Position numbers and translations under genes: made by a program
The notes under the pieces: generated by a model
Database searches by the model: none
The model's input: the letters and a program-made list of their open reading frames with translations, nothing else
Told to the model about the DNA's origin: nothing
NCBI GenBank assembly: GCA_964605735.1
Contig: CAZSDS010000001.1
Coordinates: forward strand, 573,864 to 637,863
Direction of reading: 5' to 3'
DNA length: 64,000 nucleotides
Source: an uncultured Candidatus Saccharibacteria bacterium
Lineage (GTDB): Bacteria; Patescibacteriota; Doudnabacteria; UBA920; O2-02-FULL-48-8
Shown: positions 27,640 through 36,134 of the stretch, piece after piece
How the letters are laid out: each line of letters begins with the position of its first letter
Position numbering within the stretch: the stretch's first letter is position 1

Positions 27640-28787
27640 CCGGTAAATCTGCTCCAAAAACCTTCGTCCACTTCCACGGACTCACCTTTTTCTTCAGCCA
27701 GTTTTTTAAACAAATCTTTTTCTTTCTTTGTCAGCTTGGTTGGCGTGACCACACGCACCGTCACAAATTGGTCGCCGCGGCCCGAACTGTTGATGACAGG
27801 CACTCCCTTACCTTTTAACCTGAAAACTTTTCCTGACTGGGTTCCTGCTGGAATTTTCAGCTTTACTTCCCCATCAATAGTTTCCACGTCAACGGATGTC
27901 CCTAGTGCTGCCTGATAAAAACTCACTGGGATTTCGGAAAATATATTGGACCCTTCCCGTTTCAGAGTAGGATGAGGGGCAACGTTAAGCCGCAGATACA
28001 AATCCCCTGCCCCGGATCCGCGGTAACCAACTTCACCTTCACCGCTGACGCGCACGCGAGAACCATCATCAACGCCGGCAGGTATGTTCACCTTTAATGT
28101 CTTCATGCGGCGCAATTGGCCCGTGCCTCCGCAGGTCTTACAGGCAATTTCTGGAATTTTACCGGTGCCTGAACATTGATCACATGTAGTGACTGTGGCC
28201 ATGTTCCCCAAGATTGTCCGCCTTGTGGTCCGAATCTGACCTTGGCCATGACACTTTGGACAAGTAATAACCTTGCTGCCAGGTTCTGCTCCGCTTCCGG
28301 AACACACAGTACAGGCATCTTTCTTTTCAATCTTAATTTCCTTTTCTGCGCCGAATACCGCTTCCTGAAAAGTCAGATCAATCTCTATTTCCAAATCAAT
28401 GCCGCGGGTCCTGCTCTGCCTGCGGCCGCCGCCAAAAATATCAGAAAAAATATCATAGGCATCCTCAAAGCCGCCAGCTGATGCGCCGCTAAATCCAAAG
28501 CCTTGCGCAAAATCGCCGAAATCAAAGCCTTCAAAACCGCCAAAACCAGAGCCGCCTGCTCCGCCTCCAGGCATATTCTGGTAAGCTGAGCCAAACCGGT
28601 CATATCTGGCCCGCTTATCCGGATCTGACAGCACTTGGTATGCTTCGTTTATCTGCTTGAATTTCTCAGCATTGCCATTGCCTTTGTCAGGATGGTGCTC
28701 ATGAGCCAAACGCCGGTAGGCTTTTTTGATTTCCTCCGGCGTTGCGGTTTTTGATACCCCTAATGTTTGATAAAAATCCTGTGCCAT
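27636..28787 (-). CDS. dnaJ: Chaperone DnaJ (Hsp40)
   Basis: 383 aa. It has a J-domain with HPD, a Gly/Phe-rich linker, four CxxCxGxG zinc-finger repeats and a C-terminal substrate-binding domain. Confidence 0.95.
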   Translation of the reverse strand: MAQDFYQTLGVSKTATPEEIKKAYRRLAHEHHPDKGNGNAEKFKQINEAYQVLSDPDKRARYDRFGSAYQNMPGGGAGGSGFGGFEGFDFGDFAQGFGFSGASAGGFEDAYDIFSDIFGGGRRQSRTRGIDLEIEIDLTFQEAVFGAEKEIKIEKKDACTVCSGSGAEPGSKVITCPKCHGQGQIRTTRRTILGNMATVTTCDQCSGTGKIPEIACKTCGGTGQLRRMKTLKVNIPAGVDDGSRVRVSGEGEVGYRGSGAGDLYLRLNVAPHPTLKREGSNIFSEIPVSFYQAALGTSVDVETIDGEVKLKIPAGTQSGKVFRLKGKGVPVINSSGRGDQFVTVRVVTPTKLTKKEKDLFKKLAEEKGESVEVDEGFWSRFTG

Positions 28788-28788
28788 T

Positions 28789-29763
28789 TTAGATTGCTAA
28801 TTTCTCAACCTCCACTGTTTCCTTTTCTATCCTGATAAAACCGGCTATTCTTAATACTTTAAATATCGCCCAGCTTAAGAGTAATACAACCCAATTAAAG
28901 ACAAAAGCAAAGGTGCGCATCAGTGCCAGAACCAGGACCGTGAAGAACAACGGGAAAAAATCCTCATACCTCCCCAAGCCTTCCCGCAGTCTTTGCGTCG
29001 CGACCTCGGTTAGAGCCACTCTCAGAGTGACATTGTCGTCCGCGTCCACGCCGAACTGCTCTGCAAAATTCTGCCTGATCTGGTCAAGGAGCTCTCTTTG
29101 CTGGCTGGCGGAAACCTGATTGAATTCCGGATACTGCTGTTCAGCCTGCTTTCTGAAGAATTCGCTCATTCGTTGACTGAGATTGTATTGGGAGCGGTCT
29201 TGCGCCAGCAGTGGGACGCCGCTCACTGCCGTCTCGCCCAATTTTCTGTAGTACTGATCGCGGTCGCGGTTAAAGTCTTCGCTGACACTGGAATAAACCA
29301 CGAATCCCAACAGAATCAAGAACGCATATGTGATGATTATCTGGCTGTTGCCAAGCGTTCGCCTGATGGAAAAGTTCAACTGGTTCGTTTCCTCCCCCTG
29401 CACGCGTCCCTGGAAAAACAAATTTAACAGGAAGAATATTACCCCGCCGATAAAAACGTAAATGTCCCTCGGCATGATCACTAAATATGTAATCAGCCCG
29501 ATGGCGTTGAAGATGAAAAAGGTGAATTTATCCGGCCTGGTTAAGGCAAAGATGCTGACCACCGCCACCCAGACTGCAGAAACCCCGGCGGTGTAAGCCC
29601 AGAAACTGGGATGCCTGCCGCCGAACATGGATTCGCTCAACATCCACCAGTTTAAAACCAGCAGAGCAGAAGACAACAACCCCAAACTAATTTGCTTGAA
29701 ATGCTTTCTGGCTTCAGATCTGTTCGCCTGCGCCTGCCTAATGCTCTCGCCGATTTGTTCCAT
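28789..29763 (-). CDS. Hypothetical polytopic membrane protein inserted between dnaK and dnaJ
   Basis: About 324 aa from the internal ATG at 29763. The track ORF to 29874 would overlap the upstream gene by 95 nt, so the start is ambiguous. It has at least four TM helices and a Q-rich soluble segment. I recognise no family. Confidence 0.5.
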   Translation of the reverse strand: MEQIGESIRQAQANRSEARKHFKQISLGLLSSALLVLNWWMLSESMFGGRHPSFWAYTAGVSAVWVAVVSIFALTRPDKFTFFIFNAIGLITYLVIMPRDIYVFIGGVIFFLLNLFFQGRVQGEETNQLNFSIRRTLGNSQIIITYAFLILLGFVVYSSVSEDFNRDRDQYYRKLGETAVSGVPLLAQDRSQYNLSQRMSEFFRKQAEQQYPEFNQVSASQQRELLDQIRQNFAEQFGVDADDNVTLRVALTEVATQRLREGLGRYEDFFPLFFTVLVLALMRTFAFVFNWVVLLLSWAIFKVLRIAGFIRIEKETVEVEKLAI

Positions 29764-29779
29764 ATTTGTTTTATGAAGG

Positions 29780-30085
29780 TTAAGATTGGGTTTTAAAGCC
29801 GAAGTCCGATTTTGACTGCGACTCACCTTCATTAATTGTACCAAATTGTTGCTCGTAGCGGCCGAGATTTTCATTCAGTGCCGCCAGGATGCGCTTGAAG
29901 TGCCCTGGACTGACAATCACCCTTGAGCCAACAATCCCCTGCTGGCCCACAACGTTCATGAAGTCAAAAATGAACTCTTCTTTGGTATGTATGACCTGCA
30001 TCAGGTTTGAATAGAAACCTTGAAGCTTGTCATCATTAATCTTGATTTGGATCTGCTGGCCCTGGTTTGGTGGTTGTTGTGACAT
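29780..30085 (-). CDS. DUF3467-like small protein
   Basis: 101 aa. FYSNLMQVIHTKEEFIFDFMNV...SRVIVSPGHFKRILAALNENLGRYE matches the DUF3467 pattern as I recall it (ysNl..i.hs..EF.lDF...sRii.sP.haKrll.aL.eNi..YE). Confidence 0.55.
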   Translation of the reverse strand: MSQQPPNQGQQIQIKINDDKLQGFYSNLMQVIHTKEEFIFDFMNVVGQQGIVGSRVIVSPGHFKRILAALNENLGRYEQQFGTINEGESQSKSDFGFKTQS

Positions 30086-30107
30086 GTATGTTCAGCCTTT
30101 TTGTTAA

Positions 30108-31985
30108 TTACTCTTTTTTATTTTTTTCTGTGAATTCGGCATCAACAGGTCCGTCTTCTTTGTTTCCTGAACTGGAGTTGCCGGACTTGTCAGCGCCTGG
30201 TTGTGGATTTGATGACTGGTTTTGTTGATACATGGCCGCTCCCACTTTCTGTACAGCATTAGAGAGCTCATCCATTGCTTTCTTGATTGCCTCGACATCA
30301 TCCTTATCCTTAACTTCCTTCAGGGCTGTAATCTTGTCTTCCACCGCTTTCTTGTCATCCGCATTAGCCTTATCTCCCGCATCTTTCAGGGTGCGTTCAG
30401 AAACAGAAATCATGGTATCTGCCTGGTTGCGCATTTCAATGGTCTCCTTGCGCTTGCGGTCCTCCTCAGCATGAGCCTCCGCTTCCTTCTTCATGCGCTC
30501 AATTTCATCTTTGGAAAGGTTTGAAGAACCGGTAATGGTAATGTCTTGAGATTTTCCGGTTGCCTTGTCTTTGGCCGTTACCTTCAAAATACCGCTGGCA
30601 TCAATGTCAAAAGTCACTTCAACTTGCGGTACGCCACGCGGGGCTGGCGGAATGCCATCCAAATGAAATCTTCCCAGAGACTTGTTGTCATGAACCATCG
30701 GACGCTCGCCCTGGACTACGTGAATTTCCACGGAAGTCTGGTTGTCAGCGGCGGTTGAGAACACCTGAGACCTGGAGGTGGGAATTGTGGTGTTGCGTTC
30801 AATCAACGGAGTTGCCACTCCGCCCAAAGTCTCCAATCCAAGCGTCAAAGGGGTAACGTCCAAAAGCAGAATATCCTTCCCTGCGGCATCCCCGGACAAA
30901 ACTCCGGCCTGCACTGCAGCGCCCTTAGCCACGGCTTCCATAGGGTCAATGCCGCGCTCCACCTGCTTGCCAACATAATTTTCCACGAATTTCTGGACTA
31001 CAGGCATGCGGGTCGGACCGCCAATCAAAATAATCCGGTCAATGTCCTGGGGTGTCAGTTTGGCGTCGTTGAGGGCCTGTTCAACCGGGTGTTTCATCCG
31101 ATCTATGATAGGTTTGACCAATTCCTCAAGCTTGGCTCGGGTCAATTTCAGCTCTAAAGTTTTGGAACCGCCGGCTGGATCCGGAGCAATAAACGGCAAG
31201 ATAATGTCGGTTTCGAAAACTGTTGAAAGTTCAATTTTAGCCTTCTCAACTGCTTCGCGGACGCGGTTCATTGCCATTGGATCTGAAGCCAGATCAATTC
31301 CGGTCTTTGATTTGAAATCAGCAATAACGTAATCAATCAAAGCCTGGTCCATGTCTTTGCCGCCCAGCTGTGTGTCGCCTGAAGTTGCCTTAACTTCGAA
31401 TGTCGCCTTACCTCCCTCTTCCGCAAACTCCATGATAGTCACATCCAGCGTTCCGCCGCCTAGGTCGAACACCAAAATCTTCTGTTCCTTGCCGGCCTTA
31501 TCCAAACCGTAGGCGAAAGCCGCAGCTGTTGGCTCGTTGATTACGCGAACCACTTCCAAGCCTGCAATTTCTCCTGCGTTTTTAGTGGCCAAACGCTGAG
31601 AGTCATCAAAATATGCCGGCACGGTAATGACAGCCTTAGTCACGGGTTCGCCGATAAAAGCCTCTGCGTCCTTTTTAATTTTCTGCAGGATGAAAGCTGA
31701 AATCTGTTCTGGGCTGTATTCCTTACCATTGAGTTTAAACCTATGGTTTGTGCCCATTTTCCTTTTTGCTTCGAACACTGTCCCATCCGGATTTGTCACG
31801 GCCTGGCGCCTGGCAGGCTCACCAACCAGCAACTGCCCCTCTTTTGTAAATGCAACGTATGACGGGAACGCTTTACCGGCTACGGTCATACCTTCCGCAG
31901 AAGGGATTATAACCGGCTTGCCGCCTTCCATCACTGACGCTGCCGAGTTGGAAGTACCCAAATCAATTCCGATAATTTTTGGCAT
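30108..31985 (-). CDS. dnaK: Chaperone DnaK (Hsp70)
   Basis: 625 aa. [18 protein letters not shown] and the other Hsp70 signatures are present, along with an acidic C-terminal tail. Confidence 0.97.
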   Translation of the reverse strand: MPKIIGIDLGTSNSAASVMEGGKPVIIPSAEGMTVAGKAFPSYVAFTKEGQLLVGEPARRQAVTNPDGTVFEAKRKMGTNHRFKLNGKEYSPEQISAFILQKIKKDAEAFIGEPVTKAVITVPAYFDDSQRLATKNAGEIAGLEVVRVINEPTAAAFAYGLDKAGKEQKILVFDLGGGTLDVTIMEFAEEGGKATFEVKATSGDTQLGGKDMDQALIDYVIADFKSKTGIDLASDPMAMNRVREAVEKAKIELSTVFETDIILPFIAPDPAGGSKTLELKLTRAKLEELVKPIIDRMKHPVEQALNDAKLTPQDIDRIILIGGPTRMPVVQKFVENYVGKQVERGIDPMEAVAKGAAVQAGVLSGDAAGKDILLLDVTPLTLGLETLGGVATPLIERNTTIPTSRSQVFSTAADNQTSVEIHVVQGERPMVHDNKSLGRFHLDGIPPAPRGVPQVEVTFDIDASGILKVTAKDKATGKSQDITITGSSNLSKDEIERMKKEAEAHAEEDRKRKETIEMRNQADTMISVSERTLKDAGDKANADDKKAVEDKITALKEVKDKDDVEAIKKAMDELSNAVQKVGAAMYQQNQSSNPQPGADKSGNSSSGNKEDGPVDAEFTEKNKKE

Positions 31986-32043
31986 AACTATTTCCTTTAG
32001 TGCTTAATACTGATAAAATTAACCCAACCAATAAGGAGGTGCG

Positions 32044-32235
32044 ATGCGCAAATCGTTTGCTAAAATCGCCAAGTTCCTTTTTCTGTTTGTAAGTGCAGTA
32101 GCTGTTTTGTTTTTGCTCGTGATCTCCCCTTGCTACCGCCTGCTGAATGCGTACCTTACGCGGAAGCTGCGCAGGAGCCAGGCCAACCAACGACCAATAA
32201 ACCAAGTAGTCGCAAGCTCGCCTCGCCGCCCGTGA
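32044..32235 (+). CDS. Small hydrophobic/basic protein (63 aa) transcribed divergently from dnaK inside the heat-shock locus
   Basis: AAGGAGG lies 5 nt before the ATG. An extended -10 (TGaTAAAAT) is upstream. The stop codon sits inside an intrinsic terminator hairpin. The N-terminus is a TM helix and the C-terminus is Arg/Lys-rich. Confidence 0.45.
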   Translation: MRKSFAKIAKFLFLFVSAVAVLFLLVISPCYRLLNAYLTRKLRRSQANQRPINQVVASSPRRP

Positions 32236-32271
32236 AATTTACTGATGCGTTTTTCACGGGCTTTTTGTTTT
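32229..32271 (+). terminator. Rho-independent terminator (plus strand) between the sORF and the hsp20 3' end
   Basis: Hairpin cccgtgaaatttactgatgcgtttttcacggg followed by ctttttgtttt. Confidence 0.65.
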
Positions 32272-32686
32272 ATCCCTTAACCTCAATTTCAACTTTGCGA
32301 GGCTTGACCTTTTCGCTTTTTGGCATGGTAACCTTCAGAACGCCGCGTTCACAAACGGCTGAGATTCCTTCAGCGTCAACTTCCGTAGGAAGGGCAATGC
32401 TTCGGGCGAAACTTCCACGTCTGACTTCCTTGCGGTAGTAATCGCGGTTCTTGTCTTCAGTCACCTGCTCATCCCCGCCTTTGATGTGCAACACATTGTT
32501 CTCAATTTCCACGTTTATTTTCTTTGGATCAAGACCTGGAATGCTAATCTCAGCAACGACCTCATTATCAGTTTCATAAAGGTCGACTTCGGGTGACTGC
32601 ATTCGGCCGACTATCGGCATGAAGAAATCATCTTCAAAAAATCTGTCGAGTTCCCTGAAAGGGGTAAACCTAACTAAATTTGCCAT
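32270..32686 (-). CDS. Small heat shock protein (Hsp20/alpha-crystallin family)
   Basis: 138 aa with an alpha-crystallin domain (DLYETDNEVVAEISIPGLDPKKINVEIENNVLHIKG...GVLKVTMPK). Confidence 0.9.
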   Translation of the reverse strand: MANLVRFTPFRELDRFFEDDFFMPIVGRMQSPEVDLYETDNEVVAEISIPGLDPKKINVEIENNVLHIKGGDEQVTEDKNRDYYRKEVRRGSFARSIALPTEVDAEGISAVCERGVLKVTMPKSEKVKPRKVEIEVKG

Positions 32687-32742
32687 AGGTAATTCTCCTT
32701 AATTAATTATTCAAATTGCTTTGACTTTGCTGGCTAAGTGGG

Positions 32743-33294
32743 TCAGCCAACAATTTTATTTTTCCTGGCAACCACTACTTTTGCTGGGATGATGACCCTG
32801 CCATTGAGCGTAAAGCCCGGCTGAATCTCCTTAACAATCCCCTCACCGTCAGACTCCTCTTCCTGTACTGCCTCATGGAGATCAGGGTTGAATTTCTCGC
32901 CGACCGTTTTGATTTTGGCCAGGCCCAGCTCTTCCATTGTTTTCTCCAACTGAATTATTGTGGCCTTCAGGCCCAACAGCCAGTCCTTGTACTTGTCGTC
33001 ATTGGGCGCGTACTTTAAAACCTGCTCCAGGCTCTGCAACGAAGGCATTAACTTCATCACTGTCATTTCCTTGCTGTACTCAAGCAGCTCCCTGCTTTCC
33101 GTCTCTTTGCGGCGTTTGAAATTTTCAAAATCTGCGGCCGCCCGTTTCCAGTTGTTCAAATATTCTTCGTTCTCAGCCCTCAACTTATCCAGTTCACTCC
33201 GCAATTTGCCCTCTGTTTGCTCGCTTGCTTCATCGCCGTTTGAAACGGGACCGTCGTTTTGCGTCATTTCATCTTGCATATCTTCGTTAGACAT
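32743..33294 (-). CDS. grpE: Nucleotide exchange factor GrpE
   Basis: 183 aa. It has a coiled-coil N-terminus and the GrpE motif NWKRAAADFENFKRR. Confidence 0.9.
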   Translation of the reverse strand: MSNEDMQDEMTQNDGPVSNGDEASEQTEGKLRSELDKLRAENEEYLNNWKRAAADFENFKRRKETESRELLEYSKEMTVMKLMPSLQSLEQVLKYAPNDDKYKDWLLGLKATIIQLEKTMEELGLAKIKTVGEKFNPDLHEAVQEEESDGEGIVKEIQPGFTLNGRVIIPAKVVVARKNKIVG

Positions 33295-34030
33295 AAACCA
33301 CCATAATCAGAACAGCGGAACCGGAAATCAGTTTAGACAAAAACTCAAGAATAGACATATTTTTGGCATATGACATCCTCTTTGGCCCAACAATCCCAAT
33401 CAGCCCTTTCTTGCCGTTCTTTAACTTAATTTTAGAAACCATCAAACTCATGTTTTTGGGCATAGGCACCGGCACTTCAGTCCCTATGAATGTTTCTGTT
33501 TTGTACTCGGCATGCTTCATGAGCTTGTCGGCATGCTGGTCAATCTGGTCAAAAAGCTCTGCCACGCCCTGGATAGTCCTTGAATCGGACAAGTCAGGCT
33601 CAGTAATGATCCTGGAAAGTCCGGCGGCTGATGTGTCATGGGGCAGGAGCGTGAAAGCGGCTTGGCCTGAAACCTCGGCCACCAATTTTGAAATAGATCG
33701 GCCCAATTGCTCATGGGCAGCCTGCAATTTGACCAATTCCGCACGGAGCATTTTGCGCTCGCGCTCTGAAAGCTCAAACCTCTGCATCAGCTCATTAACG
33801 AAGAACCTGTAGCCTTTGTCTGTCGGCACCCTGCCCGCAGATTTGTGCGGCTGGGAGATATAACCCTTCTTTTCCAGAACAGCCATTTCATTTCTTATGG
33901 TTGCAGGGCTGACGCTGAGGTTATATTTTTCCACCAATTCTTGCGACCCAACAGGCTGTGCCGCTTCTGAGTATTCCTTAACGATAGCAGCCAGTATTTT
34001 CTGCTGTCTTATGTTTATTTCTCTTTCCAT
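33287..34030 (-). CDS. hrcA: Heat-inducible transcription repressor HrcA
   Basis: 247 aa. Its N-terminal winged HTH (RQQKILAAIVKEY...PVGSQEL...SPATIRNEMAVLEKKGYISQPH) is typical of HrcA. It overlaps grpE by 8 nt. Confidence 0.9.
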   Translation of the reverse strand: MEREINIRQQKILAAIVKEYSEAAQPVGSQELVEKYNLSVSPATIRNEMAVLEKKGYISQPHKSAGRVPTDKGYRFFVNELMQRFELSERERKMLRAELVKLQAAHEQLGRSISKLVAEVSGQAAFTLLPHDTSAAGLSRIITEPDLSDSRTIQGVAELFDQIDQHADKLMKHAEYKTETFIGTEVPVPMPKNMSLMVSKIKLKNGKKGLIGIVGPKRMSYAKNMSILEFLSKLISGSAVLIMVVYV

Positions 34031-34092
34031 TAGAGTTATACCTCATGCCCTCTGGGGCCATTATCTAACGCTAAATCCATTAGTTGCTTTAT

Positions 34093-34119
34093 TTAGCACT
34101 CGCTTCTTAAGAGTGCTAA
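34093..34119. promoter_or_regulatory. CIRCE operator 1 (TTAGCACTC-N9-GAGTGCTAA), a perfect consensus
   Basis: ttagcactcgcttcttaagagtgctaa lies just downstream of the predicted hrcA -10. Confidence 0.9.
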
Positions 34120-34138
34120 TCGCCTAATAATAATAAAT

Positions 34139-34165
34139 TTAGCACTCAACGTTGTCAAGTGCTAA
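34139..34165. promoter_or_regulatory. CIRCE operator 2 (TTAGCACTC-N9-aAGTGCTAA), with one mismatch
   Basis: ttagcactcaacgttgtcaagtgctaa. The embedded TTGACA on the minus strand is the likely hrcA -35 (TTGACA-N17-TATTAT). Confidence 0.8.
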
Positions 34166-34175
34166 AAGCAACAGA

Positions 34176-34207
34176 AAATAAAAAAACCGCAGGGGTGTTC
34201 CTGCGGC
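34176..34207 (-). terminator. Rho-independent terminator after the NUDIX gene
   Basis: On the minus strand, hairpin ccgcaggaacacccctgcgg followed by ttttttt. Confidence 0.7.
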
Positions 34208-34211
34208 GCAA

Positions 34212-34622
34212 TCAGTCCGAAAACATGCGGTTGCTTTGGATGGCTTGGAGGAGCTTCCGGTGCCCGAAAAAAAGCGGCTGTGGCAGATTTTCAAAGGAGA
34301 ACCACCCCCAGCCAGAAAAGCTGTCAGGTTCGGTCAGCTTGGGGTCTTTGTCCGTATTCGCAAAGAACGTCACCTGTATGTAATGTTCATTGCACTCTTG
34401 GCGCGGATCATTCGTAAGGTTTACGAAGACCAGATCCACAAGCTCAATCCCCGTCTCCTCACGCACTTCCCTGATGGCGCCTGAAACCAGGGATTCAAAA
34501 GCGTCAAGCTTGCCCCCGGGCAGGCACCATTCCCCCTGTCCAACACCTCCTTTCCTTTGACCAAAAAGGACTCTGCCGTTCTTGCGCACGACGACGTTGA
34601 CGCCGATTTTTGGTGCACTCAT
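34212..34622 (-). CDS. NUDIX hydrolase
   Basis: 136 aa with the Nudix box GKLDAFESLVSGAIREVREETGIE. Confidence 0.88.
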   Translation of the reverse strand: MSAPKIGVNVVVRKNGRVLFGQRKGGVGQGEWCLPGGKLDAFESLVSGAIREVREETGIELVDLVFVNLTNDPRQECNEHYIQVTFFANTDKDPKLTEPDSFSGWGWFSFENLPQPLFFGHRKLLQAIQSNRMFSD

Positions 34623-34803
34623 AGCAGTGAGTATACCAGAAAATCACCCTCCCTCCCACGGAACCAATAGCTATCAAGAAACACCAAAATATTCACAGCC
34701 TTTGCGCATATCCCCTCAAATGCATATTTTGCCTAAAACTTTTCGGCGTTCAGTTGTAGAATCAGCCAATGACACAAGACCACAGCTCGACTATCATTAG
34801 ACC

Positions 34804-35343
34804 ATGAAAATATCAAACCATCTCCCGCATTTCAGCGAACCCAACCTGCTGGTCGTTGCGGGAAAACAAGAAGCGGCTTTTTTCAAAGCCAGAAACGACC
34901 AAATACACCAGGTATATCATTTTAAAGTCGAAAAACCGGAGTACTCTGACAACGAGAGCAGAAGAGAAAGGAGAGGAAGTGGCGGCGCTTCAAGGTTCGG
35001 AGGGGGCTCGCCCTTTAAGCACAATGAAAACGAACTTTTGAGAGGCTTCTTAAAACAGCTAACAGACGAGGTCATTGCGCTTGATACAAGAAAAGAGGTC
35101 GACAAGCTGTACCTATTCTGCCCGACATACTTATCCAGCCCAATCGAGGACAACCTCCCGAATGACATACGGAACAAGATTGAATTTATTTTTTTCGGGA
35201 ATTACCTTAACCAACATCCGTTTGTTCTGTTGTCAAAGATCCAGGAATTTCAGAGAATAGAAAAAGACAAAAAAATCGTTGAACCTATAAAACTTGAGGC
35301 TCTTGAAATTTTAAAAAAGACCGGATCTGGGTTGAGTGCATAG
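34804..35343 (+). CDS. Hypothetical protein, possibly host-attachment/baeRF (eRF1-like) family
   Basis: 179 aa. The N-terminal LLVVAGKQEAAFFKA resembles the wVlvaDg.rARlf start of Host_attach-type proteins. This assignment is tentative. Confidence 0.35.
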   Translation: MKISNHLPHFSEPNLLVVAGKQEAAFFKARNDQIHQVYHFKVEKPEYSDNESRRERRGSGGASRFGGGSPFKHNENELLRGFLKQLTDEVIALDTRKEVDKLYLFCPTYLSSPIEDNLPNDIRNKIEFIFFGNYLNQHPFVLLSKIQEFQRIEKDKKIVEPIKLEALEILKKTGSGLSA

Positions 35344-35382
35344 TTTGCAATCTAAAACACCTGCAAAATAAAACGGCAAAAA

Positions 35383-35412
35383 TAAAACACCGCTCGTCAG
35401 CGGTGTTTTTAA
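35383..35412. terminator. Bidirectional rho-independent terminator
   Basis: Hairpin acaccgctcgtcagcggtgt flanked by A/T runs. Confidence 0.65.
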
Positions 35413-35422
35413 TTTCAAACGG

Positions 35423-35626
35423 TCATTTTTGCGAATTTTTTCTGTCTTTGCGCCATTTATCAAATGAATATGCCAGCAACCCCAGGCTTATCACTCCAAT
35501 GCCAATGACTTGGATATAGTCCATAGCCCCCAGATGCCCGTCATTATTGAATCCATGGGCTTTTGCAATGCTGGCGGATCCCAAAAATCCGGCCATGAAC
35601 AATAAAATGAATTTCGCTACCACCAT
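35423..35626 (-). CDS. Small membrane protein (67 aa, 2 TM helices)
   Basis: Hydrophobic ORF overlapping the upstream DoxX gene stop by 10 nt, which makes an operon likely. Confidence 0.45.
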   Translation of the reverse strand: MVVAKFILLFMAGFLGSASIAKAHGFNNDGHLGAMDYIQVIGIGVISLGLLAYSFDKWRKDRKNSQK

Positions 35627-36048
35627 CTTGATTTCACCTCATAGCCTCCAATAACAAGGCTGGCCGCGACCAGGACCAGATTCTTCATGACGAATTCGCC
35701 TTCAGTTGTTAAAAGCAAGAAACTTCCGTTGAAAAACAAATCAGGATTAAGCACCAGTGAAGCAAACGTTCCTAACATCTGCATCCAAAGCAGAGCCAGG
35801 ATAACGCGCAGGTAAAATTTCAAAAGCAAGCCTGCACCAATGACGATTTCCAACCAGCCAAGCGCTGGGATAAACTGTGGGTGGTCAATAAACGTGAAAG
35901 TTGATTCAATTAGTTCAACCACCGGGCTTTGTCCGATTACCTTCAGATAACCGAACCAAATAAAGACGATGGCAAGCGATATGCGGAGCACCGGAATCCC
36001 GTAACGGGACAGTGTGTGGATAAAAATTTCATCAAAAGTTCTAAACAT
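35617..36048 (-). CDS. DoxX-family membrane protein
   Basis: 143 aa with 4 TM helices and a DoxX-like pattern (LRISLAIVFIWFGYLK...). Confidence 0.6.
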   Translation of the reverse strand: MFRTFDEIFIHTLSRYGIPVLRISLAIVFIWFGYLKVIGQSPVVELIESTFTFIDHPQFIPALGWLEIVIGAGLLLKFYLRVILALLWMQMLGTFASLVLNPDLFFNGSFLLLTTEGEFVMKNLVLVAASLVIGGYEVKSRWW

Positions 36049-36134
36049 ATGTAAATTTTAGCATTAAAAAACTTTTCCCTGAAATCAGCAAACAAAAAAA
36101 GCGGAATATCCGCTTTTATCTTTTGCGCTGGAAT

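Noticed and set aside
31986-32043. Partial CIRCE-like sequence (ttagtgctt) upstream of dnaK
   Set aside because: Only one half-site-like match and no inverted partner at N9 spacing. The real CIRCE pair is upstream of hrcA.
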